A stretch of 42,091 nucleotides of DNA from Acidobacteriota bacterium (GTDB lineage Bacteria > Acidobacteriota > Polarisedimenticolia > J045): NCBI GenBank assembly GCA_024763475.1, contig JANTFM010000002.1:1-42091 (forward strand). The letters are read 5' to 3'. Made by a program: the position numbers and the translations under genes. Of the stretch, positions 32,839 through 42,091 are shown one piece after another (the first letter of the stretch is position 1; each line of letters starts with the position of its first letter). The notes under the pieces were generated by a model. It was given only the letters and a program-made list of their open reading frames with translations. It ran no database searches and had not been told where the DNA came from.

Positions 32839-35343
32839 TTACTGCACCTCCTTGATTGCGTCGTCTGTGGGCTCATCATCGTCGCCATTGACGCTGACCT
32901 GCCCTCCGCGGCTGAAGGAGACGACCTCATCGCCCTCCCCAAGCCGGATGACCCTGACCCCCTGCGTGTCCCGGCCAAGACGGCTGATGCGGTTGTTTTC
33001 GTCCTGCTCGACAGGGGTTCGGATGACTTGGCCGTTCTTGGTGGCGACGATGATCTCGTCGTCATCGCGCACGGGGATAGCCGAGACAACCAGGCCCGTC
33101 TTCGAGGACGCGCGGAGACTCTTCAGACCCACGCCTCCCCTGCCCTGCCGGCGATAGTCTTCGACCCGCGTGCGCTTGCCATATCCCGTCTCGCTGATGG
33201 TCAGGATGTCCTCGTCTCCCGTGACGACCGAACCCTGTACGACGGCGTCCCCTTCCCGCAGGCGGATGCCACGTACGCCGCGGGCGGTCCGGCCCATCGG
33301 GCGCACGTCTGCGGCCGGGAAACGAATCGCCATGCCCTGCCGCGTCGCAATGAAGATGTCCTGGTCCGAACCAACGAGGCGTACCGAAATCAACTTGTCC
33401 CCTTCATCGAGGGTCAAGGCGATAATCCCAGTCGAACGAATCTTGGCGAAGGCGGACAGGACCGTCTTCTTGATGTAGCCCTTCTGGGTGATCGTGACGA
33501 CGAAGAGATCCGGATCATCGAAATTGCGGAGGGCCAGGAGCCCCTGCACGCTCTCGGTGGGGCGCAGGCCCAGAAGATTGACGATCGGCTTGCCTCGCGA
33601 CGCCCGGCCCGCCTCGGGAATGCGGTAGACCGGCAAGCTGAGAACCCTGCCTTCCGAGCTAAACCATAGGCTGCTGTCGTGAGTCGAAACCGTACGTACA
33701 CGGGAGATGAAGTCGTCCTCGCGGACCTCCATCAGGCGAATTCCCTTGCCTCCCCTGCCCTGCGACCGGTACTCGCTGAGGGCCGTGCGCTTGACGTAGT
33801 CCTTGTTCGAGACGGTCAGGACCACATCCTCCTCGTTGATCATGTCGAGAGTGCGGATCTCGCCCTCGTCTTCGACGATCTCCGTGCGCCGCTCATCACC
33901 GAAGCGCTCGAGGATCTCATCCAACTCCCGTACGACGATCTCGTCCACGAGTTTCGGCGAGCCGAGGATCTCGAGGTAGTGGGCGATCCTGGCCAGCAAC
34001 TCCTCGAGCTCTGCGAGAAGCTTGTCGCGCTCGAGCTGCGTCAACCGCTGCAGGCGCATGTCGAGGATCGCCTGGGCCTGGATCTCCGAGAATTCGAAAC
34101 GCCGGATCAGCTCCGCCTTGGCCTCTGGTGGCGTCTTCGACCCGCGGATCAACGCAATGATCTCGTCGAGGTGGTCCAGGGCCTTCTTCAGTCCTTCGAG
34201 GATATGGGCCCGGGCCTCGGCCTGCTTCCGCAGGTACTGGGTCCTACGAACGACGACCTCCCGGCGGTGGGAGAGGTAGTAATGCAACATCGACTTGAGA
34301 TCGAGAACCCGGGGCCTGCCCGACACGATCGAGAGGAAGATCGCGCCAAAAGTCGTCTGGAGACGCGTGTGCTTGTAGAGGTTGTTCTCGACAACCTTTG
34401 AGACGGCGTCCTTGCGAAGCTCGAGCACCAGTCGGATTCCGTGGCGATCGGACTCGTCGCGAATGTCGGCGATGCCCTCGATGCGCTTGTCCCGCACCAG
34501 GCCCGCGATCTCCTCGATCAGGTGGACCTTGTTGACCTGGTAGGGCAGCTCGGTGACGACGAGGCGGTCGCGGCTGCCCCGGGCGCCTTCCTCGAAGCCC
34601 ACACGGCCACGGATGACGATGCGCCCCCGGCCGGTGTGGTAGGCCTGATAGATCCCGCTGCGGCCATAAATGATGCCGGCCGTCGGGAAATCCGGGCCCT
34701 CGACAAAGGCCAGCAGGTCACCGATGCTGCAACCCGGATTGGCGACCAGGTGCTTGGCGGCGCCGATCAGTTCGGTCAGGTTGTGCGGCGGAATTCGGGT
34801 GGCCATGCCCACCGCGATGCCGTCACTTCCGTTGGCCAACAGGTTGGGAAACGCGCAGGGCATGACGAGGGGCTCGTTTTCGGTCCCGTCATAGTTCGGC
34901 CCGAAGTCGACCGTCTCCTTGTCGATATCCCGCAGAATCTCGCCGGCCAGCGGCGACATGCGAATCTCGGTGTATCGCATGGCCGCGGCAGGGTCCCCAT
35001 CGACGCTACCGAAGTTTCCCTGGCCATCGATCAACGGATAGCGCAGCGAGAAGTCCTGTGCCATGCGCACGATCGTGTCGTAGACCGCCTGGTCTCCATG
35101 CGGATGGAACTTACCGATGACCTCACCGACCGTCTTCGCACTCTTGCGATAGGTGCGGGTGGCGGTGTTTCCGGACTGGTGCATCGCGTAGAGCACTCGC
35201 CGGTGAACCGGTTTGAGCCCGTCGCGCACATCGGGCAGCGCGCGGCCGATGATGACCGACATCGCGTAGTCGAGATACGAGTGACGCATCTCATCCTCGA
35301 TGCTGACGGGCTTGTTCCTTGCTAGTTGGTTTTCATCCATCAT
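32839..35343 (-). CDS. gyrA: DNA gyrase subunit A
   Basis: [29 protein letters not shown], the active-site AAMRYTEIR, and a C-terminal beta-pinwheel repeat region. Confidence 0.98.
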   Translation of the reverse strand: MMDENQLARNKPVSIEDEMRHSYLDYAMSVIIGRALPDVRDGLKPVHRRVLYAMHQSGNTATRTYRKSAKTVGEVIGKFHPHGDQAVYDTIVRMAQDFSLRYPLIDGQGNFGSVDGDPAAAMRYTEIRMSPLAGEILRDIDKETVDFGPNYDGTENEPLVMPCAFPNLLANGSDGIAVGMATRIPPHNLTELIGAAKHLVANPGCSIGDLLAFVEGPDFPTAGIIYGRSGIYQAYHTGRGRIVIRGRVGFEEGARGSRDRLVVTELPYQVNKVHLIEEIAGLVRDKRIEGIADIRDESDRHGIRLVLELRKDAVSKVVENNLYKHTRLQTTFGAIFLSIVSGRPRVLDLKSMLHYYLSHRREVVVRRTQYLRKQAEARAHILEGLKKALDHLDEIIALIRGSKTPPEAKAELIRRFEFSEIQAQAILDMRLQRLTQLERDKLLAELEELLARIAHYLEILGSPKLVDEIVVRELDEILERFGDERRTEIVEDEGEIRTLDMINEEDVVLTVSNKDYVKRTALSEYRSQGRGGKGIRLMEVREDDFISRVRTVSTHDSSLWFSSEGRVLSLPVYRIPEAGRASRGKPIVNLLGLRPTESVQGLLALRNFDDPDLFVVTITQKGYIKKTVLSAFAKIRSTGIIALTLDEGDKLISVRLVGSDQDIFIATRQGMAIRFPAADVRPMGRTARGVRGIRLREGDAVVQGSVVTGDEDILTISETGYGKRTRVEDYRRQGRGGVGLKSLRASSKTGLVVSAIPVRDDDEIIVATKNGQVIRTPVEQDENNRISRLGRDTQGVRVIRLGEGDEVVSFSRGGQVSVNGDDDEPTDDAIKEVQ

Positions 35344-35406
35344 CTGGAGTGGATCTCCTCGGCGATCTGCTATGGCTTAGCCGGGACAGTTCAGCTGGAT
35401 TCCGGG

Positions 35407-38966
<3,560 letters not shown>

Positions 38967-38976
38967 GGGCTCTCCC

Positions 38977-40092
38977 CTAGGAGAGGGCCATCGGCATCAC
39001 GATGTAGGTGTCCTTGCGCGCATCGTCTTCCGTGCGGACGGGCTGGAAGAGTCCCTGACCCATCTCCTTGCCCAGGGAGACGAGCACCTTCTCCGTGCCC
39101 GCCACAGCGATGAAATCGAGCAGATATTGCGCGTTGAATCCGATGGCGATCGACTCCCCGGCGTAGTCGACGGCGATCTCCTCCTGGGCTTCACCGAGCT
39201 GCTGGTGAGACGAGGAAAGACGCATGAGCCCTTCTTCGAGTTCCAGCTTGATCAGTCGCGTGTGCTCCTGGCTCAACACGGCCACACGCTCGATGGCGCT
39301 GCGCAGAGCCGTGGTCTCGATCTCGATGTTCTTGTCGTTTCCCTCGGGCAGTACACGGTTGTAGTCCGGGAACTTCTGCTCCTGGAGGCTGCTGCTGATC
39401 TCCCGTTCCCCCATCTGCGCGAAGAGGCTGCCGCCGCTACTCCAGAGGAAGACATCCCCCTCGTGATCGCTGGCGAGCTTCAGAAGCTCGGAACTCGCTT
39501 TCCGGGGCACAACCCAACTTTCCTTCTCACTGCCCGTGCGATGGACGCTGCGGCGCGAGACAGCGAGACGGTGGCCATCGGTACCCACCAGGGTCAGGAG
39601 ATCGTCGCCAAACTCGAAGAGAGCTCCACCGATCGAGTAGCGCGGGTCATCGGAAGTGATCGCGAACAGGACCCGCTTGATCATGTCCGCCAGAGGAGCC
39701 GCGTCGATCTGGGCGACGGGAGTCCCTTCCTTCTCGCGCAGGGACGGGAAGAGATCCGGCTCCTGGGTCGCCAGGCGATAGCGAATGCGCTCGCAGTTCA
39801 GGTGCAGGTCCGTTCCCTTCTGATGGAAGCCCACGTTGCCGGACGGGAGGCGGCGAAGGATGTCATGCAACCTCCGCGCGTGGACGGTCGTCGCACCGGG
39901 AATCTCGACCGTGGCAGGAATCGACGAGCGAAAACCGATCTCCAGATCCGTGGCCGCGATGCGCAGGCGTCCTTCCTCTTCGGCGACGAGCATCACGTTG
40001 GAGAGGATCGGCAACGTGGCTTTGCGCTCGATGATCCCCTGGAGCAGAGAGAGCTCCCGAAGGAAGTTTGACTGGTCGACGGTGATTTTCAT
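38977..40092 (-). CDS. dnaN: DNA polymerase III beta sliding clamp
   Basis: MKITVDQSNFLRELSLLQGIIERKATLPILSNVML at the N-terminus. Three-domain length of 371 aa. Confidence 0.97.
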   Translation of the reverse strand: MKITVDQSNFLRELSLLQGIIERKATLPILSNVMLVAEEEGRLRIAATDLEIGFRSSIPATVEIPGATTVHARRLHDILRRLPSGNVGFHQKGTDLHLNCERIRYRLATQEPDLFPSLREKEGTPVAQIDAAPLADMIKRVLFAITSDDPRYSIGGALFEFGDDLLTLVGTDGHRLAVSRRSVHRTGSEKESWVVPRKASSELLKLASDHEGDVFLWSSGGSLFAQMGEREISSSLQEQKFPDYNRVLPEGNDKNIEIETTALRSAIERVAVLSQEHTRLIKLELEEGLMRLSSSHQQLGEAQEEIAVDYAGESIAIGFNAQYLLDFIAVAGTEKVLVSLGKEMGQGLFQPVRTEDDARKDTYIVMPMALS

Positions 40093-40369
40093 GATCGTAT
40101 GCCTCGGTGCTGCGGATCGCGTGGTTAGGTATAGCCAAAGTATCTCAAAAGAAAGAGAACTTAGAAACAGTAATAGAGCTGTGGATCGTGTTGAAAACGT
40201 CCCAAAGCACTAGAAACGCGACGATTAGTGAGTGGTGCGAAGGTGGATGGATCTGTGTGCCGAGCTGTGTACAACACCGACACCTGAGCAGGGCTGGAAT
40301 CATCCACTGCGTTCCACAGCCCTTCCAGAGGGAGGGCTGTGGATCCTGAGCAAGAAAGGAAGCTAAGTC
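40093..40369. promoter_or_regulatory. dnaA-dnaN intergenic region with an AT-rich tract and DnaA-box-like motifs (candidate oriC module and/or dnaN promoter)
   Basis: The AT-rich tract at about 40130-40230 repeats tagaaac at about 40162 and about 40211. There are 7/9 DnaA-box-like sites: tgtggatcg 40180-40188, gttccaca 40311-40318 and tgtggatcc 40338-40346. A 10-bp perfect inverted repeat ccacagccct / agggctgtgg (40314-40323 / 40334-40343) sits just after the dnaA stop. Confidence 0.5.
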
Positions 40370-41713
40370 TCATCGCAACTCACCTTCAAGCTGCGTCAGC
40401 GTCTTGTGGAAAGCCGGGTCCGCGAGCTTCTTCGCGTCGATCTTGCGGACCGCGTGCATCACGGTGGTGTGATGCTTGCCGCCGAAGACCTTGCCGATGG
40501 TCGGGTAGCTCTCTCGGGCCAGGCTCTTCGAGAGATACATGGCGACCTGCCTGGGAAACGCGATTCGCTGGGCATTGGTCTTCGATTTGAGATCCAATAC
40601 ACGGAGATTGTAGTGACGGGCAACGACCCTGAGAATGGCCTCAGTGGTCACGATCTCTTCTTCGACGGACCCGGTGCTCTGCACAACTTCCCGTGCCAGA
40701 GTCAGGTCCGCCGGGCGCCGCTGGATCGAAGCCGCGGCCATTAACGTGGTCAGGCATCCCTCGAGTTCGCGGATGTTGCTCTGGATCTGCCCGGCGAGGA
40801 AGAGGCCGACCTCCGGGGCGAGCTTCCATCCCCGAGCGGCGGCCATTTTGTTAAGGATGGCGACCTTGGTCTCAAGGTCGGGTGGCTGGATGTCGGCAAT
40901 CAATCCCCATTCAAAACGGCTGCGGAGACGCTCGGCCAAGGCCGGGATGGCCCGAGGAGGCTTGTCGGAGGCGAGTACGATCTGGTGGCCGGCGTCGTAG
41001 AGTGCGTTGAAGGTGTGGAAGAACTCCTCCTGCGTGCTCTCCTTCCCCGCGATGAACTGAATGTCATCAACCAGGAGCACCTGCACGCTCCGGTAGCGCG
41101 CCCGAAACTCGGGCGTCTTCTCGTAGCGAATCGACGTGATCAATTCGTTGATGAACTGCTCCGAGGTCAGGTAGCGGAGCCGGATCTTCGGGTCGGCCTT
41201 CAGCCAGTAGTTGCCGATCGCCTGCATCAAATGGGTCTTGCCCAGCCCGACCCCTCCGTAAATAAAGAGTGGGTTATAGGTTCCACCGAGTTGATTCGTG
41301 GTGGCCAACGCCGCCGCATGGGCAAACTGATTGCACGAAGAAACGACGAAGTTCTCAAACGTGTAGCGAGGGTTCAGCCGTGGGACTCGATGCTCCTGTG
41401 CGCCTTGGTGTTCGGGGGAGCTGGGAGCGCTCGGCGTCTGGGTCGACTCCGGAGCCACGAAGACGATGCTCTCAGCGGACAGGCCGGCCTTCGGCATGGC
41501 CGCACGGATCGTATCGAGGTACTGGCTGCGCAACCACTCGGCGAACATTTCGTTCGGAACGCAGACTCTCAACGAGGAACCGTCGAAGTCCAGATGCTGG
41601 GTCGGACGGAACCAAGTCTCGAAGATACCGGGATTCATCTCCGGTTTGAGTATGGCCAGAACCCGCTCCCAGGGATTGGGAGAATCAGAGGATCTGAGCG
41701 CTAAATTTTCCAC
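40370..41713 (-). CDS. dnaA: Chromosomal replication initiator protein DnaA
   Basis: AAA+ Walker A GGVGLGKTHLMQAIGN, Walker B LLVDDIQF, and the C-terminal DNA-binding signature RQVAMYLSKSL...IGKVFGGKHHTTVMHAVRKI. GTG start. Confidence 0.98.
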   Translation of the reverse strand: MENLALRSSDSPNPWERVLAILKPEMNPGIFETWFRPTQHLDFDGSSLRVCVPNEMFAEWLRSQYLDTIRAAMPKAGLSAESIVFVAPESTQTPSAPSSPEHQGAQEHRVPRLNPRYTFENFVVSSCNQFAHAAALATTNQLGGTYNPLFIYGGVGLGKTHLMQAIGNYWLKADPKIRLRYLTSEQFINELITSIRYEKTPEFRARYRSVQVLLVDDIQFIAGKESTQEEFFHTFNALYDAGHQIVLASDKPPRAIPALAERLRSRFEWGLIADIQPPDLETKVAILNKMAAARGWKLAPEVGLFLAGQIQSNIRELEGCLTTLMAAASIQRRPADLTLAREVVQSTGSVEEEIVTTEAILRVVARHYNLRVLDLKSKTNAQRIAFPRQVAMYLSKSLARESYPTIGKVFGGKHHTTVMHAVRKIDAKKLADPAFHKTLTQLEGELR

Positions 41714-42049
41714 AACCCTAACCCCTTTGAATTCTTGGAATTCGCCTTGGTCTGAACTCTAGACAATACACAACTTTTCCACAGGTGTGGAATTGTGTGT
41801 TGCTTATTAAGTCCTTAATATAAGGGGACTTAGGTCTAGAGTGTTGGACTGGAGGCCTGAGGTGCCTCACGCCACTCCCAATGGAAAAGAGCCGTTGCCA
41901 GCTACCCGCCAGAGCATCCTGCGACGACCGATTAAGCGAAGCGATCGATGGCTGAAAAGCCTGCTGAGGCTAGCACCCGCTCAGCGCGCGTGACAAGGGT
42001 TAATTCTAGCCAACGTCTATCCCTCAATCCGCCAACGGCTTGTGGAAAA
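41706..42049. promoter_or_regulatory. DnaA-box cluster and AT-rich tract upstream of dnaA (candidate oriC / dnaA autoregulatory region)
   Basis: Three exact TTTTCCACA boxes that fit TTWTNCACA: 41706-41714 (overlapping the dnaA GTG), 41775-41783, and 42041-42049 in reverse orientation. There is also a head-to-head degenerate box tgtggaatt at 41786-41794, giving the palindrome ccaca-gg-tgtgg. An AT-rich stretch lies at about 41795-41830 and contains the inverted repeat aagtcc / ggactt. Confidence 0.6.
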
Positions 42050-42091
42050 CTCCCAAGGGCCGCCGAAGGCTAACGAGATTCAGAGCTGTTC

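Noticed and set aside
41714-42091. Expected rpmH/rnpA genes, or another coding gene, upstream of dnaA (including a 41-codon ATG ORF starting at 41949)
   Set aside because: No frame translates to an L34-like Lys/Arg-rich peptide. The 41-codon ORF has no RBS or recognisable family. I treat the region as non-coding origin/promoter DNA.

Overview
This is a GC-rich bacterial chromosomal window (GC judged by eye, not computed) that contains the replication-origin neighbourhood. Phylum cannot be assigned from sequence alone. I found no tRNA or rRNA genes, CRISPR arrays, transposases, integrases or phage genes.

Right end, minus strand: dnaA-dnaN-recF-gyrB-gyrA runs without a strand switch into a TalC/Fsa-type transaldolase, a small unassigned ORF, and a three-part biotin-dependent acyl-CoA carboxylase (carboxyltransferase, biotin carboxylase, BCCP). 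TTTTCCACA DnaA boxes and AT-rich tracts lie upstream of dnaA and in the dnaA-dnaN spacer.

Middle, minus strand (about 7.9-21.7 kb): this is the most unusual part. Eleven translationally coupled genes combine:
- a GDP-heptose activation module (HddA-like kinase, GmhB, HddC-like guanylyltransferase);
- deoxysugar tailoring enzymes: an extended SDR, a GDP-fucose-synthase/ColC-like enzyme, a DegT-family enzyme whose PLP lysine is replaced by His (ColD/E1-like 3-dehydratase signature), a PDH-E1 alpha/beta TPP pair, and a B12-binding radical SAM enzyme;
- a 1162-aa multidomain TPR glycosyltransferase and an orphan helical protein.

Plus strand:
- a 5'-truncated radical SAM/SPASM maturase;
- two paralogous ~1100-aa secreted sortilin/VPS10-like BNR-repeat proteins;
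- a secreted M3B oligoendopeptidase;
- a small secreted six-cysteine protein;
- rubrerythrin;
- a MerA-like flavoprotein disulfide reductase;
- an orphan CheW protein with a CZB (chemoreceptor zinc-binding) four-helix module nested inside the CheW fold.

Non-coding oddities:
- a 27-nt motif repeated four times upstream of the second sortilin-like gene;
- a roughly 210-bp array of a degenerate 20-mer that fills a convergent intergenic region and overlaps the 3' end of the BCCP gene;
- a roughly 146-bp nested-palindrome element in the carboxylase operon spacer;
- a 40-bp direct repeat downstream of rubrerythrin.
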